Below are positions 48,040-62,388 of a stretch of DNA of 64,000 nt, one piece after another. The translations under genes and the position numbers were made by a program. The notes below the pieces were generated by a model, which saw only the letters and a program-made list of their open reading frames with translations, made no database searches and had not been told where the DNA came from. Numbering within the stretch: the stretch's first letter is position 1; each line of letters begins with the position of its first letter. Source of the stretch: Chrysomallon squamiferum (Eukaryota; Animalia; Mollusca); contig CM022678.1 in NCBI GenBank assembly GCA_012295275.1, positions 9,858,001 through 9,922,000 of the forward strand, written 5' to 3'.

Positions 48040-50170
48040 ATTTATATATATCTCTACAAGTAATTTTGTCAGTTTCCCATTTATAACTGTTACCTGTGTA
48101 GACTCCATCTTAGTAGTTTTAGTTCTGAATGTAAATATTTTCGAATTACATTCATTTATAACTGAAAGAATGAAACAGATAAATTATATTTCAATCATTA
48201 ACAACAATTAAACTTTCTCATACATTTTGACAAGTTTCTGAAATTACTCAAATATTATTTACACGGAAATTATTTCTAATATATGGATTAACTGAAATTT
48301 AAAATTCATAAGTTCTGAGCATTTCTAAAATTAATCAAGTTTAAGTTACACAGAGGTAACTATTATTAATAAAATTTATTCATAAATTCTGACAAGTTTC
48401 TTAAACACTATTAACGGCTTTGAAATGTTTCTTAATTCCAGAAATGAGACGTTTAACTTAACTTTTTGAATAGCACAAAAGCTACTAATGCAAACATAAA
48501 CCAGAAACTGATTGACTGAATATATAAAGAGCATGACAATATTATTAAAAATCAAAAAAAAGATAATGATAGAAATGCTGACCATTCAGATTCAAAGAGA
48601 TAAACTCAAAATATGAATAAACTAAGAATGCTTGAAGTGAACAATTTAACCTGAGAACCAGATAGAACTGACTCACCTGAGCATGTTTTGTTGTCTGAAT
48701 TCAAGGTAAACATTTCTACACAAACACTGCTCCACTGTGTCATGCACCCTGCACCCCTGTTCACACGAACTGTTCACTGCAGCACTGTCACAACTGAACA
48801 TAAAATAGTTTTATAACTTTATTATATTTTGTCACAACTAAAATAAAATAATTTACAATTTTATCACATTCTGACACAAATGAAAATAAATTAGTTTATA
48901 ATTTTATAAAATTTTGACACAATTAAAATAACAAGAACAGATGTTGCTTTTCTCATTGTTAGTTCAAGAATGATACAAAGGATTCATTCGACTATAAAAA
49001 AAATGATATTTTACATCAATGAATCAATTAATTAATTAATAAATATCTGTTTAATAATAGTTTAATTATTAGTTGTCAAAAAAAAAGTTTATTTTTATTT
49101 TGATTATTTTTAATTTTTTCATAATGTTCTTGAAAATTAATGAGACTCAAACTGCAAAAATAAAGTTAGCTGGTAACAAACAGGGTTTGTTTTTGTTTCT
49201 TTTTTTCTTTTTAATTTCTTAGTCACTGAAAGCTGATTATCTGTTAAATACACATTCTCTTAATTTTGAATAAAAATTATAAAAAAATTATTATATTTAT
49301 TTATTTATTTATTAATTTTTAATGCAAAACAAACTTAACTGTATGACAGCTGTATTAATTAACTCATTTCTCAGTTCAAAACAGCTATTCTGTTTTCTAT
49401 GGTAATTAAAATCACAAAAATATGTAAAAAATTCATCAATCATTTGTATCATTTAAGTATTTTTTAAATGAAAAGGACTCATTGTTATACTATTTATTAA
49501 GTAATAGGAAATCATTTGTAAGATTTAACTATTTCATAAATAATAAGAAATCATTTGTAACATATAACTATTTATTAAGCAATAAGGAATTATTCATTGA
49601 ATATAGCTGTTTATTATATAAAACATTATAATTAGAACTTGTTACCAATTTTTTTAACATTGTAAATTAACTATTTATTAAGAATATATTCTACTTACCT
49701 ATACATTCAAATGATAGGAGACTGGTAGGCTTTTACAGTTGCTGTTTGCTTGACATGAAATTGTTGAAACACTTACATTCATCTCTGTTGTTTTCACATC
49801 ACACACCACCCAGCCAGCTTTACACTGACAATGGTCTGAGAGGCAAAAATAAAATTTTAGTGTTAGAATTTTTTTATAAAACAAAATTTACATTAAAAAT
49901 ATATTCTAAATATCATAAAAACTGTATAATTTTATAGAATAAGTTGCTTCAAATTTCAAAAAAGAATTATATTTTTTCAATATTTGAAAATTTATTTTTA
50001 CATTATTGTATTTTGTAATGAGAAATTCTGTTTACTAACAAATGTTCTCTGGTCATTTTCAAGTTTCTTCCCAGTCAGACAGGAACAAGTGAATCCACTG
50101 ATTCTATTAGTACAAGTACCAGTATACTTAGTAATCCTAACATCAGTTGATTTACACTCATTTAGATCTA

Positions 50171-50215
<45 letters not shown>

Positions 50216-50413
50216 GTAAAAAGCTTGTTTCAGTATTTGTGAAACCAAGGACTTTTTAATCTGAGACAAGTCTTGCACTTTTTGCTACAATTCAAAGAAA
50301 CAAAAATGCTAACCTTTCTCATACTTTTTCAAGTAGTAACCATAGTGACATAAACTGCCTTCAGCTTTATGACAAATCTGTTCCCATATCAACCCTGACT
50401 TCTACATTCTCAG
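48040..50413 (-). pseudogene. Decayed EGF / calcium-binding-EGF repeat gene fragment (fibrillin/mucin-like); exons about 50413-50314, 50167-50040, 49835-49698, 48793-48676, 48161-48050
   Basis: DLNECKS..GTCTNRISGFTCSCLTGKKLENDQRT; HCQCKAGW..ISCQANSNCKSLPVSY; CDSAAVNSSCEQGCRVHDTVEQCLC..FTLNSDNKTCS; INECNS. Splice sites present; stops, frameshifts and lost cysteines. Confidence 0.8.
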
Positions 50414-50661
50414 TCTGAAACAAAAGTAATTTATTGTTTGAAAAACTTTTTTTGACTTGTTTCTTTTTTCTTCATTTTTTTTTAATCAGTTTTTTTATGT
50501 CAATTTAATATTAATATGAAATGCATTAAAAACAGCATAGTTCAAAAATGATAATGACTTTTTTTATTGTTTTAAAAATTAAATAAACAAACAAAAATTA
50601 TAGGAGTAATTAATGATAGATATAAATCGCTGTCTTTTCACTGTTAACTCATTGTTCACTT

Positions 50662-50798
<137 letters not shown>

Positions 50799-51574
50799 TC
50801 ATTCTTATTTTCAAATTTGTATTCCTATCTGTCCGTATTTATAACCACCGCTACTACTACTAGCACTACTACTGCTACAATTTATACTACTACTACTACT
50901 AGCACTACTACTGCTACAATTTATACTGCTACTGCTGCTTCAACTACTACTACTATTCCACTTGTACTATTACTACTACTACTACTACTATTACCGCTGC
51001 CTCTGATACAATTTATATTACTACTACTACTGCTTCAACTACTACTACTATACCACTTCTACTATTACCGCTGCCACTGATACAATTTATATTACTACTA
51101 CTACTTCAACAACTACTACTACTATACTACTTCTACTATTACCACTACTACAATTTATACTACTACTACAGCTATTACTACAACTATTACTACTATACTA
51201 CTTCTACTATTACTACTATCACTATTACCGCTACTACTGCTACAAATTATGCTACTACTACTACTATTACAACAACTATTACTACAACTACTACTATACT
51301 ACTTCTACTATTACTACTACTACTATTACCGCTGCCACTGATACAATTTATACTACTACTACTTCTACTACTACTGCTTCTACTATTATTACTATTACTA
51401 ACAATAATAATATTTAATACAAAAATAATAATAATAGAAATGTTTTTAACCATAAACAATTAAACGATACCAAGGAGTTCAGTCTTTCAAGAGTTTTGAA
51501 CTTGACAGACATTGTTAGCGACTGAACAGATCAGAAAACTTATTACTATTATTATTATTATTGTTGCTTTGTTA

Positions 51575-51625
<51 letters not shown>

Positions 51626-51993
51626 TATTATTGCTGTTATTATTATTTTTGTTATTGCTGTTATTATATTATTATTTTTGTTGTTATAATTATTATTATT
51701 ATTATTAAAAGGTCATATATTAAATCAGTCTTTCAGTTGAAAAATACAAAAGTTTGTTTTAACTGAAATGTTACATTGTCACTAAAACTAATACTACTAA
51801 TAAAAATAATAATTACAGACTGTAAAATTATTAGGTAAAAGAATAAAACGGATAAAACATATTCGTATTTTATCTTCTGAGTGTTTAGCATGGGTTACAC
51901 TGGTAAATAATTTTACAAACAAAACGTTTCCCTCTCTATCATTTTGCAGCTGTGTTTTTCTTATTAGTGTTATGTGCAGTCGTCATAGCAGTC

Positions 51994-52029
<36 letters not shown>

Positions 52030-52436
52030 TTGGTAATAAACAGCAAAAATAGTATTCGCCATATTGGTACAAGAACTAGTAGTATTAGTGGCTGTAATAG
52101 TAATGGTGGTTACAGTAGCAGTAGTTGTGGTGGAACTAGTATGGTGGGGTATTGGAAACAACAGTCGTTGTGGTAGTCATACTGTTATTGGGGTGATCGT
52201 TATCGTAGTGTGCTAGTAGATGCAATATTGTTACTAATAATGCAACAAATATATTTATATACTGAATAAAAACGAAACATAATCGCTAAGACCCGGATTT
52301 AAAACATCGATTGTGTTTTTGTGTCTTATTTTTTGTTGTATTTTCCTGGCTTAGCAATTTTCGTTCGTGCGGTTGTTTCTCAGATTTTATTTTTATTGTG
52401 TGTGTGTGTGTGTGTGTGTATATGTATGTGTTTGTG

Positions 52437-52504
<68 letters not shown>

Positions 52505-53082
52505 TTCGTCTTTTTTCTTCTTTCCTTTTATTTGTTTATTTCTTTCTTTGGATTAAAAAAATAAATAAATACAAAATTGAACCTAACTTCATGTCTAAGA
52601 AATTTATAAAAGATGTCAAGCAGAATAAAAATGTAAAGGTTGGAAACTTTTTTCAAACACGTGGGCCGACGGTGCGCACCTTTTGCACGTGTTGAAACAT
52701 TTCTCCCGACCCGCGGGGAAAGTGCCACAGAGCTTTTTCACATGTTGAAAATGCTAGGGATCTCCAAAACAATAATTTGTATTAGCTGTTAATAATAAAT
52801 TTATAATAAATCTCAACAGTGAACTACTTTGTTCTACACTGATATTATGCACATTAATTATATTATACAGACAGACACGCATACAGTTAGGTGGATATAT
52901 AGTAGCTATACAGAAAAAGAGATCACGAAACAATGTAAAATAGTTTTAAAATTTAAATTAAATAATGACATAAGAATTTTACTTATTATCATATAAATAT
53001 TTTATTGCAGTATTGATTGTACAAGTATACAACATTATTTCAAATAAACCACTTTACAAAATAATATAATAGTTTACATGTA

Positions 53083-53159
<77 letters not shown>

Positions 53160-53401
53160 TAAATGACATAACTTGGTGAACATTTCAAAAGTAAATCTGT
53201 TTTAAAGTGAAATCTATTTTTTAATTTAGCAAGGTTAATTGATAAAGTAATTCATAATAATTAAATAAAGTAAACAAATTAACTAAATTAATTACCTTAC
53301 AGTAAATAAATAACTGATTTTCTGTTTATTTACAAGAAAGAAATGTCTGTGGACTTTCAGCTTCAAAACAGTTAAGTGAAACTAAGCAGACAGTTAGAAG
53401 T

Positions 53402-55360
53402 TTACTTTTTACACCAAGTAAATATTTTTATTTTATTGTTAGTTAACACGCAGAGTTTGTTGTCATCACAACAGACAAAGTAAGCACTGTACAGTCGATC
53501 CTGGCGTGTGAGGATGTCACGTATAATGTTACCATCTCGTGATAACTGAACAATACAATTTCTATCTCTACTACAAACAAAAATATTTCCCTCCCTGTCA
53601 CATGTAACACCTGTCAAGTTTCTCAGTATGCCTGAATCACGTGACTTCCATTTGACGTCACCTGATGACGTCACAAAAAATAAACTGTTTACATTTCTTC
53701 TCTTTGACACAACAATCAGACATTGATCGAGAACTGTGAGACTGCACGGACTTGGGATCAAATCTGTTGAGATAGAATTAATAAGCTGACCACTGTCTGT
53801 CAGTATGTCCAAGTACTGACTAAACAACCCTCCACCAGTGACCACGAGACGGTTGCCAGGTAACACAGCGATATAGAGATACACTTTACCAGTTGTAATT
53901 GTTTTTATCGGTTTGAAGTTTTCAAAATTTAAAAACAATATTTTATTTTCACGTGGCAGAGCAATGACAACAACAACATCACCCCGCTGATCACGTGACT
54001 CAGCAAGACCGCATGGACCAGTGGAAGTCACGTGTTTGTTTATCAGTGATTTTCTTTCTAAACAAAAACATTTTACACATTTATTGTCTCTATCACTAAC
54101 AACAATTTTACTCTTGTCCTCACCTAAAACCAGGATGGAAGACACTGAAGGATTTTCTTTATCTGTTTGTGTTTTTGTGTTAATGGTGTCTGTGTGTTTG
54201 AGTGTGTCTGTCTGTTTGTCTATCTGTGTATCTGTGTGTTGTGTTTTTGTGTTAATGGTGTCTGTATGTTTGAGTGTGTCTGTCTGTTTGTCTATCTGTG
54301 TGTCTGTTTGGATGTTTCTGATTATTTCACCAATGTGCACAGACATTTCTTTCTTTTTGTCAGATTTTCTTAGATTTATTTTGAATTCTGCTTTTTCTAT
54401 TTGTGGAAGAGATTTTGTCAGAAACTCGGAAGTAGTGTTTTGAAGTTTGGTGAAGTTTGGAAGATTTGTTTTTATGTCTGATTCTGATTTTTGCTCTAAT
54501 AAATGTTCAATACGTTTTATGGATTTTTCATTTTCATCAATTAGGTGTTTGTGTTCACTAAACAATTTGTCTATTTCTGAGTTTAGAAAGGTCTGAGATT
54601 TTTCTATTTCTCTCATTAGCCTGTCTTGTTCTTTGTGGACTGCGGCTGTGAAATCTGTGATTAGTGTGTTACCAATCCTTCTGACATCTTCTGTGGTGTC
54701 CACGACGTTGATGTCGACGGCTTGGCGAAGTTGCCCAATCTTATCATCCATCTCTGTCTTAAGAATTTCTTTGTAGGATTTGAGACTCTCAGAAACAGAA
54801 GTAAGAATTGAAATGTGATCTCCCTTTTTAACTGAAATAAATAAATAAATAAATGAATAAATAAATAATAATAATAACAGAATTAGTAATTAGGAATTAG
54901 ATTATCAACTAAATGTAAAATCTGAGTAGAAAAATGTTATAGATAAAATATCCTCTATTTCTTTATGCTCCGCTGGTTAATGAAACAACAAATATTTTTA
55001 GTTAACTGACAGTGTATATATTTTTTTAATTTATTCTATTGTAATGATGAATCAAAACAACACTGCTGACTCACAAATCGTTAAATGTTCTATTTTGTTA
55101 ATGTCGTCCAACAGTGACTTGTTTATAGAGAACTGAGCTGCCCATGTTTCCACTGGTTTCGTGCTGTCTGGGATGTGGACATTATGCCTGCAGATCGGGC
55201 AGGAGATATGTGTGTCGTTGTTATGGTATTTTTTGCTGATGTCATTCTGCAGGCATTTAGAGCAGAAATAATGTCCACATGGAAGTTCTCTTGGTTTGTC
55301 GAAAATTTCCAAACACAGAGAACACGAAATGTTGTCATCAGAGTTTGAAGCTGTTGCCAT
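53402..55360 (-). CDS. TRIM-like RING / coiled-coil / NHL-like propeller E3 ligase without B-box, copy B, intact; join(55360..55075, 54831..53402), 571 aa
   Basis: C3HC4 RING CSLC..LPCGHYFCSKCL..CPICR. Phase-1 donor GTGAGT (plus-strand actcac 55069-55074) and acceptor TTTCAG (54832) join in frame (F-KKGDHISILTSVSESLKSYKEILKTE-MDDK) to the 449-aa ORF. That ORF has a helical region followed by NHL-like blades (PCGLA, IVVSD, LTGVTCDREGNIFVC, QLSRDG). An acceptor lies 2 nt before the ATG, implying a non-coding first exon. Confidence 0.88.
54160..54310 (-). repeat. Coding 72-bp (24-aa) tandem repeat x2 in the copy B linker
   Basis: Unit TDTQIDKQTDTLKHTDTINTKTQ(H) occurs twice. Confidence 0.9.
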
Positions 55361-55365
55361 ATCTG

Positions 55366-55436
<71 letters not shown>

Positions 55437-55586
55437 CCGACTGGAGATAAAAATTACATATTAATTCCTCTTAATTCAAACGACCAACGGTACATACACA
55501 TCTATAAATGAAATGATAAATATATAAACTTGCGAATATAACACACATATTATAAATACACTAAACAAACTGTTTGTTTATTATTT

Positions 55587-55650
55587 ACTTACTCTTCTTT
55601 GTAACATAAAAGTGCATTATGAACTTGCTAAATTTAACCTGGTGACGTCA
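55587..55650 (-). promoter_or_regulatory. Candidate 5' UTR exon donor (GTAAGT, 55592-55587) and perfect CRE TGACGTCA (55643-55650) for copy B
   Basis: Motifs read directly. At the equivalent sites copy A has CTAAAT in place of the donor and gtgacctt in place of the CRE. Confidence 0.35.
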
Positions 55651-55953
55651 CTCTTTATTTGGTTAGGAAGACGACAGTCTGTTGTGAATTGCGGGCGACA
55701 ATACTAATATAATAAACTAAGTCAGCTGTAATAAATTGTATGAAGGAATGAAAAAATCACAAACAAACCGCACGAACAAACTAAACATATGTGAGTATCC
55801 ATGAATGCTGCAAGTGAATTTATCACTAGAAAAGAAATCGTTTCTCGTAATGTGATGAGCTACTTTTCGTGATAATCACATAGCTCGCACGGTAAAGTAA
55901 TCGTGGAACTGACTTTGAAAATGATATTTTAAAATGTCTTAGAACACCACCAC

Positions 55954-55989
<36 letters not shown>

Positions 55990-56192
55990 TAATAATAATA
56001 ATAAGTCTTGAGAAATGAAAATTTTAACAGCTGAAAAAAATGTGTTCGATTGTTCGATTGTTCGCCTGAATACTGCAAGGTAATATAGCACACCACTACA
56101 AAAGAAAATTTTCTTGAAAATCACATAGCTCGCACGATAAAGTAATCGTGGAATTGACTTTGAAAATGATATTTTAAAATATCTTAGAACAC

Positions 56193-56259
<67 letters not shown>

Positions 56260-57427
56260 CATAATAATAATAATAATCATAATAATAATAATAATAAATT
56301 TCACTCTTTAGTCTTGAGAAATGAAAATTTTAAGAGCTGAAAAAATGTCTCCGATTGCTCGTCTGCAAAGTCAATTTACTCTTGCAGTAGCGCAGCCCGG
56401 TTTTTACAGACGACACTTACTGAGCGGAAGATGCCAATTCGTAAAGAAAGAAGGGGTAGAAGCTTTGAAGTTTTTTATAAAACTTGTATTTCTTCTGATA
56501 AAAAGTAATCGTGAAATTTTTAAATTCTTGTGGTAAAGTAAACAGGATTAAAATTAGCAACTACCTGAACATAGTTTGTGTACTGAATTAAGTTATAAAA
56601 TGCTGGTTGGAGCCTATCATACATGTAGTATTAACAGACATAGCAGCAAGCTTGAAGTGTGACAGAGAAAGATAATATATTAGCCGCCAAAATTGTATCT
56701 TGTTTAAACTTGAATAGTGAACTGGCGATATCAGGTATTTTCGTAAGATATATAAATCAACTATAATAATAAAAAAACAGCATACAAGGTGAATATATGA
56801 TTTTAGTCACGTATACACAATAGTAATAAAATAATAATAAATATATATATCTCTTCTCTTTACTAAATACCTTTATTTCATTTTATTTAATATAAATATA
56901 TATAAATGCTTTAAACTAATGAATTAAATATATGACTAATCTAAACATACTTTTCGTTTCTATGTATTAAAGAGAGGAGTTCTTTCACTTGACACAAAAG
57001 AGATATGATTAAAAATAAAACTATAAGCATAAGTGTAACTGTAAATTTAATAAATTTTATTATTTTTATAAGTGTAATTAATCTAATTTCTCTCTCTTTC
57101 CTGGATACACATGCATATACGTGAGCGTGTGAGTATCACTGTATAAAGTTATTATTTTCTGGTATTATAATTAAACTGATTTCCCGATATTACTTACTAT
57201 ATGAAGTGTGGTGATAATGTGCAGGTCATTAGCTCTCTGTTTATCTACAGCTTCGTTAATAAATTTACAAAATGTAACATAATTATTTGAACACATGTTG
57301 CCGCTACTTTCTCTTTTCAGTTACAAACGCATTATGTTTTGTTTTATATCTATCCATCTATCTATATCTATCTATCTATCTATCTATCTACCTATCTATC
57401 TAACCTATCTATCTATCGATATATATA

Positions 57428-57478
57428 TTTGGCATTTCGACCTTTTTTCCCCAGGAAAGAAAAGGTCGCAATGTCAAA
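57428..57478. other. About 51-nt near-perfect hairpin; possible Helentron/HINE 5' end
   Basis: tttggcatttcgacctttt pairs with aaaaggtcgcaatgtcaaa (2 mismatches), with an inner ttcc/ggaa pair. Confidence 0.5.
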
Positions 57479-58817
57479 GTCAGATCTCCGTCTTTTGTTC
57501 AGTTAACAGCGACCAGAGAGAGAGAGAAAAATTAAAAGAGAAACGATCTTGAATATGGCCACTGTAAGGAGATAAAATAAGGTTTTATTTCACTCAAGAA
57601 CAAAGGAGTTTTTTCTTCTTCTGCTTCTCTCTTTCTGTTCATTTTTTTTCTTATATATAGCTTTTCAAGTCTCGATTCCTGTTTGGAAACTGGTTCTGAT
57701 AACATTTTATTTGTTACTGAAGCAAAACTTATTATGTTGTTTGTTTGCTGGTGTGAACAAGTTACGAGTGTTTTATAATGACAGATTTATTCAGGAGACC
57801 ATACTCCACATAGAAGGCTGATGTATATAAATCGACTTATTAAATAACGAAATAAAGTACATTACAATTAAACAAATACAACACAAACGTACAACTGGTC
57901 ATAATTTATGTCAGTATTTAAGTTGTATTTGTCTGTATTTTTATATCTCCGTGTGTGTTGCGTGCGTGCGTGTGTGTGTGCGAAACATATGCCTTTGATG
58001 ACACAGATTACACTGCAAGTGAGAAAAATATCTAACTGTAACCCGCTGTCAAAAGCTTATCAAAGCAAGGTCAGAATTTCTAGGTTCAGTAAGCTCTATT
58101 TCATAAAAGGGCCCACCGGACTGTGCAAAGATTCCTGTAGATATCAATGAAAGAATCGAAATCAAAGAGCAAGAGAAGCCAGCTCAGACTGACACATTTT
58201 AAAATATTCTTTTTTCTAGTGTTTATAGTTGTTTTTATTATCTCTATTTCATATATAGATCACACTATCTTAAGTCTATACAATAACTATTACTTTACTA
58301 AAACTGTCTACAGCTAGCAAACAGAAGAGAAATGTAACTACTAAAACACATTAATACTACAACGAATAATGCTACAACAGCCACTGCAAAAACAAATACT
58401 TCAACTACAACTACAACTACTAGAACAACTGCTACTGCAGTAACTAATAATTCTAATACATCTACTACAACAACTAATACTGGCACTACAAATACGACAA
58501 CAGCTAGTACTGCTTCTATGACGACTGCAACAATTAACAATGTAACTACAACTACAACGACGAATCTGTTACAACACGTACTACTGCTACTAGGACTGCT
58601 ACAACAACTAACAATTCTACTACAAAGGTAACTGACATTATTACAACGACTATAACTGCTACTATGACTACTACAACAACTAGCAATTCTAAATCAAGGT
58701 AAACTTCAGATCTGCGTCCATAAAAGCCTATAAGAAACTCTTACATTGTTTACTGTTGAAACAGAGATATGAATGTGCATTGTATGTATCTATATGTGTG
58801 TGTGTGACTGTGTATGT

Positions 58818-58864
<47 letters not shown>

Positions 58865-59379
58865 TGTATAAACAGAGAAATAGATATATCTGACTGTTTA
58901 CTTGTAAGTGTTTCATAATGTCGTGTCAGTTCAGGGATGACAATAATAACAAAAAATATATCAGTTTACAAGTGCAATATTAAAACCAGTTTCTTAACCT
59001 GGTGAATGATCAGAACATTTATGAATTAAAATTGTATACTTACTTTTACTTATGTAGATTACTATGTAATAACCAGATATCTCTTGAGTTTTCATTTCCG
59101 ATACAGATTCCAGACCAGTTATCGATATAGCTCGGGAACCAATTTCAGAATTTTGTGGTTTTCTGTACCAACGCTTGATAACGATATACTTAAAATATAA
59201 AACTGTTCAGTACACATTAGGCGAAGTTATTTCAGTGATTGGCAAGTTAAGTGATGTACCTTTAACGATTTCCTGTTTTAAAGGTGTATTCTGAACTCGT
59301 GCTCAATTTGCTAAATTAATTTATTTTAACTAATTTCTTCTAAAAGTTTCCACAATACTTTCGCTTTAAATCGCTAATT

Positions 59380-60880
59380 TCCAAACACTAAAAAATACAG
59401 TTGCTATGTATGAATCGCTCAAAATGTAGTCACTAAAGATCTCGACACTTATAATAAAATAAACAATGATAACTAAAAATGATGAGAGTATTTAACGAGC
59501 AGGATAATACAATTTTATTTTTCTATAGGTGAGTCCTGACCTAAATTTTTAATATGTCTTTTTCATTCGTTCGGAATTGTTTTTAAAATAACGCTATAAA
59601 CGCCATAATTCAGGAGCAACAGACACAGGAAAAGATGTGTTATTACTTGATATACAAAATAGTCATTCGTCAGTGCTACTAGATTATCTGAAACCTAACA
59701 CATAGTATATGTGAAGACTGCGATTAGCCATTGAAAAAATCAGGGAATTTTGTAATTAAATATTTTTTTCACTAAAATTTAACATCGGAAAAAAAAGAAG
59801 ATAGACATTCATGGAAAATTTGTATGCAGTAAACAGTAAAAAAAAAAAAACTACAACAAAAAACAAACAATTGAAAGTCTTAATTTTTATAATGGCAACC
59901 AGGAGGATTACAAGAAAGTGTTTTATCTTGGAAAATCAAAACTTCATACTGTAGAAAGTTAGAAATCGAAGAAACATCGAAGAAACATGTTATATTCACA
60001 ACAATTGAAGACTAAGTATTTCATTCTACCACAAGCAATATGACAGAATATTTGCAACCATTAAAATTATTTGACTGCATGGTTTTCCCAGTTTTTCCAT
60101 ATGGTAGCGAAATTTTGAGATTTGAAAATTTGTCATTACTGGAAAAATTATGTAAACACTTTATGAAATTGTTATGACCTGTAAGGAAATCTGCTCCATT
60201 GTACTTATTAAAGGAGAACTTGGACCTTATCCAGTTTATACCCAGTTTATATGTCAAAGTAAGAATGATTTTTTACTGGTATCGAATGATCACGGGAAAG
60301 CAGTCTATGTTTACATCTCTAGTGGACAGACTATTACTGAATGACGTTAACAATAACATTCTTAATCACAAATAAATATTACATGTTAAACCTGTTCTCG
60401 ACGATTTTGCTTGTACACATTATGTATTCACAGTTTAATGGTATCTCTAGTGGTTCCTTATTAAAATAATGTATTAACAAAGGCTTATAGATCAGTATTT
60501 ACAATACTTGTATTATGTCATTGATTTCTCACCCAAAGCTTCAAATGAAAACTATTTAAAAATGCTGTCACATTCACGACATATTTCAATCTTACAGAGA
60601 GAATATACTGGTGGCCATTGTCACGGTTCAGACTTTCAAATCATAATCATCCTATTGAAAAAGAGAATATGTCCATAGTGTAATAACTATGATATTGGAG
60701 ATGACTTGCATTATATATTTACATGTATGTTGTTGTTTTTAAGAACGAAAGCAAACGTTAACTTTCTCAATCTAAACGAAGAATTTATAAGTTTTATAAA
60801 TGATTTAACTCCATCAAAGCTGGTGTCATTAGCAAATTTTCTATCTTCTCTAATCTAATTATGAAATTTTAAAATCCTCT
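59380..60880 (+). mobile_element. 5'-truncated, decayed LINE (RT and C-terminal Cys/His motif), RTE-X-like
   Basis: LFDCMVFPV..YGSEI, VRKSAPL..GELG.YP..VKVRMIFYWYRMITGKQ, SRFRLSNHNHPIEK, RICP*CNNYDIGDDLHYIFTC. Confidence 0.8.
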
Positions 60881-61067
60881 GGCATTTAATATACATTGAT
60901 ATATTGTATATATTATATTATTACGTACATAATTGTAAATCCACGATCTTGCCATACTTGTTGTAATTGTTACAGTTATATTAAATTCTGTCTCTTCATA
61001 ATGTCGTAGATTACGGCCTGAGTGTAAATAAAGATCAGTTCAGATTTACTGCTCAGTGCTTGCATAA

Positions 61068-61507
61068 TGGTGTATCCTAATCGGGAGCGTGCGACGCGAA
61101 AGTTTGAGCTAGTCGAGCGATAGGAATTGTTTCTATTTCTTGTTAAAACGAGCGCCTGAAATATATTAACCAATCACAAACAAGATTATTTCACCATAAA
61201 ATGAAAATGGAAGATGAACAACTCATCCATCTCGTGCAGAAGTTACCAGTACTTTATGATTTTTCTTTGTCAACGTATAAGGATAATAATAGAAAAAAAT
61301 AAAATGCCTGGAAGAATACTGGAAAAACTCTAGGTTAGCCTAACAAGTAATTTGTGTGTGTTTTATTAATAACATGCATGTCTGAGCTTCTTGGAAGGTC
61401 CAGTCCTACCCAGGGTGAGGGGGAGGTAGCTTTACATTAAGATGAGAGAAACTTTTAGTTTTAAAAATGATACTGTCGCTACGATCGCGTCTGCTTAGGA
61501 TACAGCT
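61068..61507 (+). mobile_element. Non-autonomous PIF/Harbinger derivative with a MADF-domain fragment
   Basis: Imperfect TIRs TGGTGTATCCTAATCGG / AGCTGTATCCTAAGCAG flanked by TAA and TTA. 61201-61333 reads MKMEDEQLIHLVQKLPVLYDFSLSTYKDNNRKK*NAWKNTGKTL, which fits the MADF consensus. Confidence 0.75.
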
Positions 61508-62280
61508 TTAGGGTACAACATAATGGAAACCCGAAATGTCGCCATAATGGCGCTCGGTAAATTGCATGAGGATCACAAAATCTGTATATAATCATGTTGC
61601 TTGCCGTATGTTGTAATTATATATATACAATAAATTACTTAGAAAAAAAAGTTAACCGATTTCATGTACAATGGAATGTTTTATATATTTTGCCTGTCTG
61701 AATAATAAAAATATTAATCTCTATTCATGTTTCCTGAATCGATGTATCGTATCGGGGTTCTTATATCGTAATACGAGTCTGTGTAGTTACAACTCTTGTG
61801 TATATGTGTGTGTGTGATGTGCGTCCGTGTGCGCATTGAAGCAGATGGGCAGAGGCAGAGAAGAAGCTAAAAATAACTAATGATTAACATATATACCCCA
61901 CTGTATCTTCGTTGATCCTCCGTTTTAAATATTTTATTTGTGAAATAAAATCTAGCTGTTTAGACTATTTTTTAAAACCAACCACAAGTTTCTCTCATTG
62001 TGTTTGCGTATGTGTGTATGTGTGTGTGTGTAAAAAAAGTAAAATAAAATAAAATCAGTTTAGTAAACCGAAGCCAAAATAAATAAATGAGCGACATTAT
62101 TACACTGCAGTACACTGTATAACTGTGCTGTCAACTTGAACTTACAGTGACCTTCAAATGAATACCCAAGACGTCGATGACATATTTTATTCTATTTATT
62201 ATTATTTTTTAGTCTTTTTTTTTTTAATCTAATTTGTTTGCTTTCATTCTATCGCTTTTATATCCTAGTCTGTTTTGTTT

Positions 62281-62388
<108 letters not shown>

